Shown here: positions 14,101 to 35,730 of the stretch, one piece after another
Position numbering within the stretch: position 1 is the stretch's first letter
How the letters are laid out: each line of letters starts with the position of its first letter
Assembly (NCBI RefSeq): GCF_009914755.1
Contig: NC_060937.1
Origin: the human T2T-CHM13v2.0 reference genome, Homo sapiens
Length of the DNA stretch: 64,000 nt
Direction: 5' to 3' (one strand)
Made by a program: the position numbers and the translations under genes
The notes under the pieces: model-generated
The model's database searches: none
What the model was told of the DNA's origin: nothing
What the model saw: only the letters and a program-made list of their open reading frames with translations

Positions 14101-14699
14101 TGTATAAATTTATGGATTACACATGCAATTTTATTAGACGTATAGATTGCATAAATTGTGTAGTGGTCAAGTCAAGGCTTTTAGGGTAACCATCACCTGA
14201 ATAACATTGTATCCCAGATTCTTTTAAGTAAGCTGGTTTCTCTTTATTTTGAGTCTTACCTTAAAAATAAGGTAAATTCGCTGAGAGATATGTAAATCTC
14301 TTGTAAATTCACTGTTCCTTTGTAAATTCACTGAGAGATATGAAGGTGACTCCCTTTTAGTTGTAAGAGGCACAAATCCCTATTGGGAACTTGTTGGCAC
14401 AGAGTCAGAGAAACAGTCTGCTACCCTCCAAGATATAAAGGGTGCTGCTTCCTACAGTGTTTAGAACAGAGCACCATCTGGGTACCCTCTGTGGCTGCCT
14501 TCTGCTCCCATGCCATGCCATTGACCATTTACCCTATATTCCTCTTCCCAGACTTTAGATTTGAATTTCAGGAAAAGAAAATTTTCAAGGAAAAACACAT
14601 TAACATCATTTCATTATAAAAACCATGTGAGTTCTTTCCCGCCCCCCAAAAAGATATTAATTGTAAGGCATAAAATGAGGGTGTTGGATAACAGCTTCA

Positions 14700-15310
14700 T
14701 TAGCTCATTTATTGATCTGAGCACATTCATGTGCTTCACGCTGTGCTAGGGCCTGGGGTACAGCAGTAGACACGTGCTTGCCTTCCATGGGCAAACAGTC
14801 TGGTGGGTAGGGATAGACAGGAGACAACTGCTGCCCCTGGAGTAAATGCTGGATGGGAAACCCAAGGGTCTGCAAACAGCCAAGACATGGAGGGATCAGA
14901 GAAGACTTTTTCTGAAGAAAGTGATGTTTAGAAAGAAACCTGAGACTGGGTAAGCAATAGCCAGGAAATGAGCTGGAGCTCAGAAGAAATGGGCAAGAGA
15001 GAGCCTGCAGTGTTGGGGGTTTTGAAATAAGCTTCATGAGACTGAGTGTCCTTTACTGAGGGGATGGTGGGGAGAGAATATGCTGGACAACAAGATCAAT
15101 ACTATGAAAAGCCTGGAGATGAACTTGACTCTGAGATGATAATGGGTTTTAAGTGGAAGAGTAATGTGGTCAGATATGCATTTTGGAAAGGTCACTCTGG
15201 CCACTGTGTGAAAAATGAATTGAGAACAGCCAGAGTGGAGATAGGGAGCCATTGAGGAGGCTGTGCCCATTGTGCAGGTGAAAGATGACAGCCTGTACTA
15301 GGCCGGTCTT
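14700..15310 (-). mobile_element. L2 remnant
   Basis: cattcatgtgcttcacgctgtgctaggg...gatatgcattttggaaaggtcactctggcc, typical L2 3' region. Confidence 0.6.
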
Positions 15311-17344
15311 GAGCTGACCACTGAGATGAAAGGAGGAAGTTGATGGAGGCTGCTGGGTAAACAGGCCAGGTCTGCCACAGAGGAGACACTGGGCAGCAGG
15401 ACAAGCAGGAGAGGAGGAGAGCCCATGGTTTACTTTTGCTCCTGGCCCTCTCTCCTTTAGATTTCAGATACCCACTGCCCCCATGCCACTGGCAGCAGGT
15501 GGGGTGGCAACAGGAATGACAATGCATGGTGCCAGGCAAAGTGTAGCTGCATCCCTGGCTGTCACCTGTGCTGCCTCCTGGGGTCCTCTCAATAACTCTG
15601 AGATGTTGAGTACTTTCTGATGGTCACACAGTTTGCACAAGGAAGAGCTAGGATTTGGGTTCAGTTGGGATTTATTCCAGAGGTTTTCCATGATATCGCA
15701 ATGTCTCTATGTCATTTTAGGAAATACACATGATGTTTAACAAACTACCTTTGTAAATAATTTCTTTTCTCTAAGAATTGAATTTAATAATGGAATATGA
15801 AATGCTGTCTAGGGGAAATGAGAATGAGAGGGAGTTTTAATTTGAATAAATGGGCTTGTGAGGAGCTCCTGAGTCATGTCATTTAGTTACCTTGATTATG
15901 GACAGGGAGGACCCTAATGTTGATCAATCCGTAGGGATTTATTGGAATAAACAGGACAATGTTTCTATGATAACACTTGCTGTTCTTCTGTCTTGGAAAT
16001 CAGAGACTCAGATAAAAAACAATTCTGTGATTCTGTGGTCTTCCTTAGATCAGACATTTGGTGAATAATAGATACCGCCAACCTTTCTAAATACAAGGAT
16101 GAAGTGCATTAGAAAATGAAAAACATATTGTTGAGATTTTTACGAAAATTAAATTCATAATCAGCATCATAGACTCATGTGTTATATTAACCAAGGAGAG
16201 CTGAGGAAAGTTTTGAGAGCCAGAGAGAGGGCAACATTTAGTCAAAATAATGTTTTTAAACAAAATGAAGCCATATCTCTAAGCAGCTCAGGGCTCTTCA
16301 TATATGATGTTTTTGTTGAGTTGAATTTTTGTTTGTTTATTTGGTGGCTGAATGTTAGTGGTAGGATGAATGTGCAAGAGAAGCTAGCTTTTGGAGTCTA
16401 TTAAAGAAGGAAACAAGGAGAATTAGTAAAGACAGAGGTGGGAAGAAGGAGGTCTGAGGTAATGCTGTACATCTTGTTCTTGAGGGCAGAGGTGTCCCCT
16501 GGCATGTTTGGATGCCAAACTTCTGCTAGGTTTCAATCCCTGCTACATCCCTGGGGATAAGTTGTTCTCTGGGAGATAACAGTAGATCTGCCAGCAAACT
16601 CTTCACCAATGGCCCAAAGTGCTGACTTCATGGTTAAGTGGCATGTGGAAATAAATGGCATTCAGAAAGCAAAGGGTCACCAGCCTGGTGGCCAATGAAG
16701 TGACTCATACTTTGGGGGCTCCTTGAGGCACTTTGTGGGTGACCGGGTAGAGGAAAAATCAGTGCAGCAAAATTCTCCAAGGCACTGAGTCCATGAAAAC
16801 AAGGCCCTGTGAGATTCATTCCCCTCCATCCCACTTCCTCTGGAAGCTCAGAGACCAGCTCCGTTTCACATTCAAAATATGTCACAATTTCAGTTCCTTT
16901 TATCTGTGTTTCTGTTTTGATCTCCAAGAACTTAATTCACCTTGACTTTTTGAAAAAAAAATTCTGAAAGCACAAGACCGTTCTTGGAAGGCCAGGAAGG
17001 TCTAGAAAGCTTGGCATTTCTGACATGACATTTGGAGCCTGTTACAAATAAACTCTGAGTTGTCAGCTTGGGTCTCAAGAGTAAACTCTCAGTGATACTT
17101 CCCTGTTCTGGAGGGCCGTGTTAATTCAGCACTCTGAGGCCTCTGGGATTTTGAGGAACAAATGTGTTGCAGAATCCTCTCTGCACAACTTCAGAGAGCT
17201 TATTCTGTCAGCCTTTGCAATAACAACAGCTAACACTTAATATGGCACTTTCTCTGGTCCAGGCCCTGACCTAAGTGCCATTCATGTATTATCTCACTTC
17301 ATCCTTACAACCCTATGAAGTAAGAACTATTATTAGCATTACCC

Positions 17345-17516
17345 CTTTCTTTTATTTATTTATTTAAATTAATCTTTTTTTTTAATTTTTCTTTTTTATT
17401 GAGACAGTGTCTTGCTCTATTGCCCAGGCTGCTCTTGAATTCCTGGGCTCAAGCGATCTTCCTGCCTCAGCCTCCCAAAGTGCTAGGATTACAGACATGA
17501 GCCACTTTGCCTGGCC
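17345..17516 (-). mobile_element. FLAM/Alu monomer inserted in a MIR (MIR ~17220-17640)
   Basis: Single Alu arm with T-rich tail, flanked by gcattacccctt / gcattatcccctt. Confidence 0.85.
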
Positions 17517-17971
17517 GCATTATCCCCTTTTACTGATAAGGAGCTGACGCCGAGGGAGATAAAGTCATTTTCCCATGGTCATAGAGGTAGTCCGTGAACA
17601 AATCAGGATTTAAATCCTGAGGTTGCTGCTCTGTTACTGCTTCCCTGCAGCTGAGAGCAACACCTGTCATGCTTCTCACCATTTTTTATCATTAAATCAT
17701 TTCTCAGCCTTGTTTTTATATATTTACTAGTGCCCTGCAAAAATTTTGCCTCCTTAATGCTTGTTCTAGGTCCCAATTCTGAGGTTTAATAATAATAGTT
17801 AACATCACTGAGCGCTCACCCTGTATGAGACAACTCACATTTATTACGCCATTTATAGATGGCATAACTGAGGCTCAGAGAAGATAGGTCACTTCTGCAA
17901 AATCTCACAGCCAGTAAGTGGCAGATGTGGCCTGCTACCTTACACCAACTGTCTCCTGTGAACACTTCTAT

Positions 17972-20900
17972 TTATTTTAATTTATTTGTCAAATTGACAA
18001 ATAATAATTGCATATTCATGGGGTATATATTGATGTTTCTATACATGTAATGTATATTGATCAGATCAGGGTAATTAGCATATCCATCATCTCAAATATT
18101 TATCATTTCCTTTTGTTGGGATCGTTCAATATCCTCCTTTGAACTAGTTGAAACTATTTAATACATTATTGTTAATTAGAGCCATCTTACAGTGGTATAG
18201 AACATTAGAACTTATTCCTCTCATCTAGTGGTAATTTTGTATCCTTTACCAAATCTCTCCCTTTCCCCCACTCTTCCAGGCCTCTGGTTTCCTCTGTTCT
18301 ACTTTTTACTTCTATGAGATCAACTTTTTTTACTATTCCACATATGAGTGAGAACATATGGTGTTTGACTTTCTGTTTCTGGTTTAGGAAATACAATGGA
18401 CTTAACATAATGTCCTCCATTTCCACCCTTGTTGCCACAGATGACAAGATTTCATTCCATTTTATGGCTGAATAGTATTCCATTATGTATATATACCACA
18501 TTTTCTTTATCCATTCATCTGTTGTTGAACACTTAGGTTGATTCCATAACTTGGCTATTGTGAATAGTGCTGCAGTAAACATGTCAGTGCAGACATCTCT
18601 TAGGCAAACTGGTTTCAAAGCTTTTGGGCAAGTACCCACAAGTGAGACTGATGGATCATATGGTAATTCTACTTTTAGTTTCTTGAGGAACCTCCATATA
18701 GTTCTCCATGGTGGCTATACTACTTTACAGTCCCACCAACAACACATGAGTTCCCTTTACTCCACATCCTTGCCAACATTTGTTTTTTCATCTTTTTGAT
18801 AATAGCCATCCTAACTGGGGTGAGATGATACCTCATCGTGGTTTTGAGTTGCAAAATCATCACTGATGATTAGTGATGTTGAACATTTTTTCATATACCT
18901 GTTGACCATTTGAATGTCTTCTTTGTGAAATGTCTGTTTAAATCATTTGCCCATTTTAAAATTGAATATTTTGCTGTTGAGATGTTTGAGTACCTTGTAT
19001 ATTCTGAATATTAGTCACCTGTCAGATTAGTAGCTTGCAAATATTTTCTCAAATTCTGTAGGTTATCTTTTCACTCTGTTGATTGCTTCCTTTGCTGTGC
19101 AGAAACTTTCTAGTTTGATAATCCCATTTGTTTATTTTTGCTTTTGTTGCCTGTGCTTTTGAGGTTTTATTCACAAAATCATTTCCCAGACCAGTGTTCT
19201 GAAATGTGTGTCCCATGTTTCCTTCTAGTAGTTTTTATCATTTTGGGTCTTATATTTAAGTCTTTGATCCATTTTGAGTTAAATTTTGTAGAGTGAGAGG
19301 TTTGGGCCTAGTTTCATTCTTCTATAGACATCCAGTTTTCCCAGAACCATTTATTCAGGAGACTGTCTTTTCCCCAATGAGTATTCTTGGCACCTTTGTC
19401 AAAAATCAGTTTGCTGTAGATATTTGGATTAATTTCTGGATTCTCTATTCTGTTCCATTGGCCTATGTGTCTGCTTTTGTTAGTAACATGCTATTTTGGT
19501 TACTATAACTCTGTAGTGTATTTTGAGGTTTGGTGGTGTGATACTTCCAGCTTTGTTCTTTTTGCTCAGGTTTGCTTTAGCTATTTGGGTTCTTTTGTGG
19601 CTCCATACAAAGTTTAGAACTTTTTTCTATTTATGTGAAGAATGTCATGGGTATTTTGATAGGAATTGCATTGAATCTGTAGGTTGCTTTGAATAGTGTT
19701 GTCATTTTGACAATATTAGTTCTCCTCCATGAGCATGGGTTGTCTTTCCATTTGTTTGTATCCTCTTCCATTTATTTCATCAGTGTCTTGTAGTTTTCCT
19801 TGTAGAGGTCTTTCACCTCCTTGGTTACATTTCTTCCTAAGGTTGTTTTTTGTTTGTTTGTAGCTGTTGTAATGGGATTGCCCTCCTGATATTTTTTTTC
19901 CAGCTAGTTCATTGTTTGTGTAGAAAACACTACTGATGTTTGTATATTAATTTTGTTTCCTGCAACTTTATTGAATGATTTATTAGTTCTAAGAGTTTTT
20001 GGTAGAGTCTTTCTATATATGAGATTATCATCTGTAAACAGGAACAATTTGACTTCTTTCTCTTGAATATGAATGCCATTTATTTATTTCTCTTGCCTAA
20101 TGACTCTGACTAGGATTTCCAGTGCTATATTGAATAAGAGTGGTGAGAGTAAGCATCATTGTCTGTCCCTGTTCTTGGAAGAAAAACTTCCAACTTTTTC
20201 TAATTTAGTAAGATGTTTGCTGTGAGTTTGTCACATGTGGCCTTTGTTATATTGAAGTACTTTCCTTCTATACCTAATTGTAAGAAGTTTCTATCATGAA
20301 GTGAGCTTAAATTTTATCAAAAGATTTTTCTGCATCTATTGAGGATCATATGGCTTTTGTCTTTCACTCTATTGATGTGATGTATGATGTTTATTTATTT
20401 GCATATGTCGAACCATCCTTGCATCCTGAGATAAATCCCACTTGATCATGGTGTATTGTGTTTTTGATATGTTGTTTGATTTGGTTTGCTAGTATTTTGT
20501 TTGGCATTTTTGCTTCTATACGTATCAGGGATATTAGCCTGTAGTTTTTTTTGTTGTTGTTGTTATGTCCCTATTCAGTTTTGGTATCAGGGTTATGCTG
20601 GCTTCATAGAATGAATTAGGAAGAATTAATTCCTTCTGCTTCAATTTTTTGGAATAGTTTTAGATGAACCGATATGAATTCTTCTTTAAAGATTCAGTAA
20701 AATTCATCAGTGAAGCCATCTGGTGTTTCTTTTTGGGAGACTCTTTATTACTGATTCAATCTTATTATATGTTTTTGGCTTATCCAGGTTCTGTTTTCTT
20801 CATGGTTCAATCTTGGTAGGTTGTATGTGTCTAGGAATTTACCCATTTCCTGTAGGTTTCAAATATATTGGCATATAATTGTTCATGGTAGTATGGTAGT

Positions 20901-23900
20901 CTCTAATGATCCTTTGTATTTCTGTGGGATCTGATGTGATGTTTCCTTTTTCATTTCTGATTTTATTTATTTGGTTCTTCTCTCTTTTTTTCTTAGTTTA
21001 GCTAGTGGTTTGTCCATTTTGTTTACCTTTTCAAAAAACCAGCTGTTCACCTTTTGTATTTTTTTAAGTATCAATTTTATATTTCTATTCTGCTCTTTAT
21101 TACTTCTTCTACTAATTTTGGGCTTAGTTTGCTCTTGCTTTTCTAGTTCCTTGAGGGGCATTTTTAGGTTGCTTATTTGAAATCTTTTTAATTTCTAATG
21201 TAGGCATTTATTGCTATAAGCTTGCCTCTTAACACTGCTTTTGCTGTGCCCCATAGTTTTTGGTATATTGTGTTTCTATTTTAGTTTGTTTCAAGGAATT
21301 TTAAAATTATATTCTTAATTTCTTTCTTTACCCATTGGTTATTCAGAAGCATGTTGCTTAATTTCCATGTATTTGTATAGTTTTGAATGTTTCCCTTGTT
21401 ATTGCTATCTATTTTTGTTCCCTTGTGGTCAAATAAGTTACTCGGTATGATTTTGATTCTTAAAAAAATTTTTTTGAGACTTGTTTTGTGTCCTAATATA
21501 TTGTAAATCATGGAGAATGTTTCACACGCTGATGAAAAATAAATATGTATTCTGCAGCTGTTGGGTGAAATGTTCTGTAAATGTCTGTTAGGTCCATCTG
21601 GTGTATGGGGCCATTTAAATCTGATGTTTCTTTGTTGATTTCCTGATTAGATGATCTGTCCAGTGCCAAGAATTGGCTGCTGAGTCCCCAGATATTGTTG
21701 TATTGGGATCTATCTCTTCCTTTAGATTTAATATTTGCTTTATATATTTGGGTGGTCTAGTTTTGGGTGCATATATACTTACAACTGTTATTTTTTGGTG
21801 AATTCATCTTTCTATTATTATATAATGTCCTTCTTTTCTCTTTTTACAGCTTAACCCAAAGTCTGTTTTGTCTGATATAAGCATAGCTATTCCTGCTCAC
21901 TTTTGATTTCCATTTGCATGGAATATCTTTTTTCGTCCCTTCACATTTAGTCTATGTATATCTTTACAGGTTAGGTGATTTTCTTATAGGCAGCATATAG
22001 TTAGGTCTTGTGTTTTTAAAATCTATTAGGCCAGTCTATATCTTTTAAATGGGGAATTTAATCCATTTACATTCAAGGTTATTATTTCTTGGGAGGTGAG
22101 GACTTACTTCTATCATTGTATTGATTCTTTTCTGCTTGTTTTGTGTATCTTTTGTTCCTTACTTCTTTTCTTATTGTTTATCTTTGCAATTGAATGGTTT
22201 CCTGTGGTGATAAGGCTTGATTCCTTTCTGATTCTCCTTTGTGTATCAGCTCTACTAGTAAGTTTTATAGTTTCGCATGTTTTCATGAAAATGGTTATCA
22301 TCTTTTCACTTCCAGATATGACTCCTTTGAGCATTTCTTTTAAGGCTGGTCTAGTGGTGATACATTCTCTTAATTTTTGCTTGTCTGGGAAAGATTTTAT
22401 CTCCTCTTCATTTCGGAAGGATAGCTTTGCTTGGTATAATATTCTTCATGGACAGGTTTTTTCTTTTGGTATGTTGAATTTATCATCCCAATTCTCTCTT
22501 GACCTCTAAGGTTTCTGCTGGGAAATCCACCCTTAGGCCAATGAAGATTCCCTTATATGTGGCTTGATGCTCTTCTCTTGCTGCTTTTAAAATTTTTTCT
22601 TGTCTTTGACTTTTGACAGTGTAAGTGTAATGTGACTTGGGGAGGATCTTTTTGCATTGAATCTATTTGGAAATTTTTTAGCTTCTTGGACCTGGATGCC
22701 CATCTCTCTCTCAAGACTTGGGAAGTTCTCTGCTATCATTTTATTAAATATATTTTCCTACACTTTTCTCCTCTCTTTGCCTTCTGAAACACCCATAATA
22801 TGAGCATTTCTTTCCTGAACTGTGTCCCATAAATCCTGTAAGCTTTTTTCATTCTCTTTTATGCCTTTTTTGTTTGTCTGCCTGTGTTATTTCAAAAGAC
22901 CTGTCTTCGTGCTTAGAAATTCTTTCTTCTTGGCCAGTCTGTTGTTGAAGCTCTCTATTATATTTTTATTTCATTCAATGAATTCTTCATCTCTAGGATT
23001 TCTTTTTGGTTCTTTTTTATGATAACTATCTTTTTTTGTTGAATTTCTCATTCAAATTATGAATCATTTTCCTGATTTCATTGAATTGTCTATCTGTATT
23101 CTCTTATATCTCACTGAGTCACCTTCAGATTATTATTTTGAGTTCCTTTATTTGCATTTCATGTATTTCCCTATGATTTGGGTCTGTTACTAGAATTATT
23201 ATTTTCCTTATGGGGTGTCATGTTTCCATGCTTTTAAATATTTGATGTGTTCCTATGTTGATTTCTACACATCTGGTGGAAAAGTTGTCTCTTTCAATTT
23301 TATGGAGTAGGTTTCACAGGGCAAAGCTTATTCATATAAATGTGTCCTGGAGTATCAGTTCAGTGAGGTGAGCAGACCTTGGTTCTACGTAGACATTTTA
23401 GTGTAGTCTTCATGTGGTTTCTTTGGCTGTAATCCACATTAGTGGCATTTGCAAGTCTCTCAGTGGCCTAGGCTGTAAGAATTTGTAGTGATAGCCAGAT
23501 GTGGGCTTCCTGGGCTGTTTCTCAGGTAAAGGGAATGTGTGTACACATGATGGGTCAACGAACTATGGGTTAAGTTTGCTAGGGTTAAGGCCATGGGGCT
23601 GTTACCCTGGCTGGGAGTATGTCAATGCGGTTGCTCAGTCAGCCTGGGGGGTGGAGGGCATGCCTGCCAGGAGTGGCTTGCAGGGATATTTCTCAGTCTC
23701 AGGATGCAGGTACATAGCTGCTTGGATGGCCTGAGGGAACATCTGCTGGGGCAACCCATTAGGCTGTTTCTCTGGCTCAGAATGTCTGCTTGGCTTGCCT
23801 GGGGACATGCCTTCCAGGGGTGCCCCACAGGGCTGTTTTTCAGGACTGTTATATGGGTGCACAATTGCAAAGCTAGCCTAAGACTGGTTTGCTGGGCATG

Positions 23901-23968
23901 ACCTATGGGGTTGTTTCTCAGGGCCAAGACTCAACTGCACAGCTGCTCACTTGGCCTGGGAGCATGTT
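17972..23968 (-). mobile_element. ~6-kb old L1 (L1MA-like), degenerate ORF2/ORF1 and GC-rich tandem 5' region
   Basis: ORF-track fragments match ORF2 (e.g. 18205-18639, 20967-21161). 18-bp TSD tcctgtgaaca(c/t)ttctat at 17954-17971 and 23969-23986. Confidence 0.9.
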
Positions 23969-24860
23969 TCCTGTGAACATTTCTATGATTTATAAAAAGC
24001 ATCCTATTTGCCCTTGCACAGTATGTGCTAGCTCTTGGAGCTAACATTCAAGACAATCTCTAAAGTTATTAGATAAACATACAGTACTATTGTGGGAAGA
24101 GCTGCAGATTGCAGGGTGGGGTATTAAAGTAGGAGCCTCTTAGTGTGGAGAATTAAAAACCGCAACAGAGTGGTTAGATGAAAGTGAGGAGAAGAGGAAG
24201 CCTAATGTGGCTGCAAATTTGCCTAGACCATCAAATCCTATGGTTCCATGTCTAATACTTGTGCTTTAAGAGCACATTGCAGTAACACTTGTTTGCCTAG
24301 TGATGATGTTTACCAAGTTCCCTCAAATATGTGCTTGTCAGAATAGGGTATGCAAAATCAGTAGAAGACTGTCCATTCCCCATGAAAATCTGATTATCTG
24401 GAGAGGCAGACATGATGTGTCTGCCTGACATATATCCCCCAAAGAGCAAGGAGAACTAATTTTAGGCTGCAGTAGTTTTTATACAAGTGCCATAGGGATA
24501 AAAAAAAAAAAGAGAGACCCACGGGAAATGTCAGTTGCTAAGGTGATCTGCAGAAGGCAATGTAGATGTTGAAGAAGGTTATTTGGATTGGCAAGAGTTA
24601 GGCACATTGCAGGTTGAGGAAGAGGGGGGAATAGGAAGAGGGGCAGGTTAGAGATCAGAGAGAGTGGCGTGAAAGGCACAGGAATAGGCATAAAGAAGTG
24701 CAAACCCAGGTCTTGGCTACCTGGTCTTGAAGAAGAGTAAAATAATAACAATAATACCAGTTTCATAGTTTCAAAGTGTCTTTACATGCATTACTATATT
24801 TGCTTCTCTTGGAGCCCTCATCAGATATGGGGTTGGGGGGCATCATTATCCTCATTTTAT

Positions 24861-32372
<7,512 letters not shown>

Positions 32373-34128
32373 TATCCTCATTTTATAGATAAGCTTCCCT
32401 CAAAGAAGCTAAGTAATTTGTCTATCCAAGGTCACCTACTTAGAAAAGGCAGACCAGAACCCAGGTCTCTGTGCTCTTTCTGCCATCTGTTCCCTGATTG
32501 TACAGCTCCACTAGTTGGTGCTGACTCTCATATATGAGAATACAGATACGATTGGGACCAAGTGGTGGAAAGTCATATTTGTGGTTGAGGAATTTCCATT
32601 TGGTCTGATAGGCAATTACACTCTCTGAGTGAAATGAAAATTGCATTTTAATTGGTTACATCTAGCAATGATGTATAGATTTTACTGGTTAAATCTCTAA
32701 AAACAGATGATGCTATGGTTTCTAGGCATCAGCTAACAAAGTCTGAGGTTAGGAAAGTGATATTGTACATATAGAGTAGGGACAAAGTATAAGAAATATG
32801 ATATAAAAACAATGGAGATAACTCAGCCAATTGATTGAATGTGAAGTATAGAAGAGAAAAGAATTAAAGAAAACTTCCCAATAGTGGTTACCAACTGAGT
32901 GAGATCAGTTTGAGGAGATGGATAAATTCAGACAGAGTTTGAGGTAGAGGCAGAATCTCCAAATAAGACTATCCTGTAGGCAACTAAAAATGTTGGAACT
33001 ATAGCTCAGGTTAGAATTTAGGAAAAGCCATTTGAGCTCTCCTAGTCCCAGATTTGTTTCTTTATTTGTAAAATAGAGATAACAATGCCAATTTAGCCTG
33101 TCTCAAGGATAGCTAGTGGAACAAATGAGATATCTGAAAAGAAAATTCTTTGCAAACTATAAGACGAAAATATGGGCTGTCAAAAGGCATATCTGGGAGG
33201 CAGAGGCAAAGAAACAGTGCAAAGTTTCCATGGTGGGTAAAGCCTTTGAGGAAATATAGGCAGAGGTGAGCCGAGGACAAAGATGGGGCTCCAGTGGGTG
33301 TCCACAATAGGGTAAAGGTGAAGTGACTGGGGGTCAGAAGGGTGAGCAGTCAGGAAATGGAAAACCATGAGGCCTCAGGGCTACAGAAGTCAGATGAGTG
33401 GAGGTTTCAAAGACATGAGAATTGAAGTCTACAGAGTGACTGAAAAGGAAGTTTGAGAAGAGAACAGTAGAACAGGCTGCTGAGCAGGAATGAATGATCT
33501 TAATCTTAGTCATGTAAAATTCTAAGGAGGGTCTCCTCTGAGGTGGAGGGCATGGGGCAGGGAAGGCATATTGCTGTAGATTAGGAAGAAGATAATGACC
33601 AAAAAACGACACCAGAGTCCTCTGGTTCAGGGTGTCTAGGTGCAAAAGAACAAGAAGAAATGGTACAGAATTTCAGTTGGTCACAGAGTTTGGTAGGAGG
33701 AATCACTAGCATTTGATGCTCAGAGAGCAAAGGTTACACAGCTACAGAGTGGGAAGGTTGAGAGTCAAGCCCGTTCTCCTGGATTTCTGGTAGACTGTAC
33801 ATTCTACCATACTATGGCTCAAGTGTATGATGTTCAGAGAGGAGGAGAGATGAACCGAGGAAGAAACTAAAGTTACATGAGAAAGATGCACTGAGAGTAA
33901 GAGTCAAGGTGACCCAGAGAGAAGTACACATCCTCTCTCCCTGACTCAAATTCTTTCTCCAGCAACAAACCTTTTGCAGTAGCTGCAGAACTCAAAAGCA
34001 TCCTCTCTCCTTCCTGAGGTCACTGTCTCAACTGCTGCTTTTCTTTTTTTATTATTAGCTTCCTGCCTTCAGCTTTCTACACCACCCCTCTACTGATAAC
34101 TTTCCTGTTACTGAATCGCCTGGTACTA

Positions 34129-34567
34129 TTTTTTTTTTTTTTTTTTGAGACAGAGTCTCACTTCATCACCCAGGCTGGAGTGCAGTGGCGCAATCTTGGC
34201 TCACTGCTGCAACCTCCGCCTTCAGGGTTCAAGCTCTTCTCGTGCCTCAGCCTCCTGAGTATCTGGGATTACAGGCAAGCACCACCACATTTCTCCATAC
34301 CAAGGAATTGGGGTTTCATCCTGAGGGCAGTGAGAGCCTCTGAAATGTGGAGAGGAGATCTGCATTTTAGAGAGGTGACACTGGCAGTAGATGAGGACAG
34401 TTTGGTGGAGGCAAGCCCAAGTACAGAGAGGCTAATTTTTGTATTTTTAGTAGAGATGAGGTTTCACCATGTTGGCAAGGCTGGTCTCAAACTCCTGGCC
34501 TCAAGTGATCTGCCCACCTCAGCCTCCCAAAGTGCTGGAATTACAGGCATGACCACCGGACTGGGTC
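34129..34567 (-). mobile_element. AluS interrupted by a 141-bp non-Alu insert (34290-34430)
   Basis: Alu arms intact on both sides. The insert is the reverse complement of 35172-35312. Confidence 0.93.
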
Positions 34568-34589
34568 CACCTGTTACTTTTTATTCCCA

Positions 34590-35730
34590 TTGAACACTCA
34601 CTTCTCCTTAAAGCAATCTTTTTCTCCTTAAAGCAAGTCTTGGCATTGTGTTCTTTACTCTCCTTGTATCATTTGGCCAGTCTTTCTCAATCATCATTCC
34701 AGCCTCTTCTCTCTGCCTGTCCCTTAATTGTTGGTGTTCCCCAGGGTTCTATCCTCCTTTGTTCTCACACCCCCGCTGTGCGAGCCTCTCCACTCCTCTG
34801 GCTTCAGTTACTATCACGTGCTGACAGCCTTACATTTATCAGGTTCACCTAGTTCCTCCTCCCCAGCTATACAGAGCAACAGGACAGCTCCATTTGCCTA
34901 TTTCTTGAATGCCTCAAATCCAAAATGCCCCAAATTAAACTCCCCATTTCTTCAGCCCAATCAGCATCTTCTTCATAGGTTCCTTTTATTAATGAAAGGC
35001 ACCACTTCCTTCCCCTAATACCTGAGAGGAACCTTGACTTCCCTTTTCCCTGACCCTCTATATTTAGTCCATCCACAGTCTGGTCAGTTCTCACTCCTTT
35101 ATAGCTCTCAGTCCCATCCAGGTCTGTGCAGCCTCTCTGTTCTGCACAATCACAAGAGCACCCCTACTCATCTCTCTGTACTTGGGCTTGCCTCCACCAA
35201 ACTGTCCTCATCTGCTGCCAGTGTCACCTCTCTAAAATGCAGATCTGCTCTCCACATTTCAGAGGCTCTCACTGCCCTCAGGATGAAATCCCAATTCCTT
35301 GGTATGGAGAAAGGCCCCTCTGGAAGCACTCTCTGCCCACCCATCCTCCTTGCATGCTTCACCTAGGCTCTACTATATTACTTACACTTCCCCAAACTTG
35401 CCATGTGCTCTCAACTTGGGGCCTTTGTAAATCGTTTTCCACTGCCCAGAGTCCCTGTCCCTCTCTCCTTAGTCAATCTCTCTCCCCCAGAACCTTAAAA
35501 AAACTCCCCTCATTCCCCAAGGCTGGTGTGGCCCCTCCCCTGCATTCTCATAGCACTCTTGAGGTTTCTTTCTGTGGGCCCTTCTTCCTCATAGAGCTTT
35601 GTCCTGTTGACTTGCTTGACCCATTCATCACCCCAGAGGTTCCTTTTGGTCTAAGATTATGTTTTCTTCACTGTCATATACACAGGGCTGAGTATATGTG
35701 GCACAGAGAAGCAGGGCAGTGTTTTGATTG
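34590..35730 (+). mobile_element. L2 remnant
   Basis: ccttaattgttggtgttccccagggttctatcct...aaatgccccaaattaaactc...ctctaaaatgcagatctg, L2 ORF2 3' region. Confidence 0.6.

Noticed and set aside
34602-34636. 15-bp direct repeat with 20-bp period
   Set aside because: Ordinary short tandem duplication with no further structure.
34180-35362. Two ORFs sharing a 47-aa peptide as paralogous genes
   Set aside because: By-product of the 141-bp inverted DNA copy, not coding.
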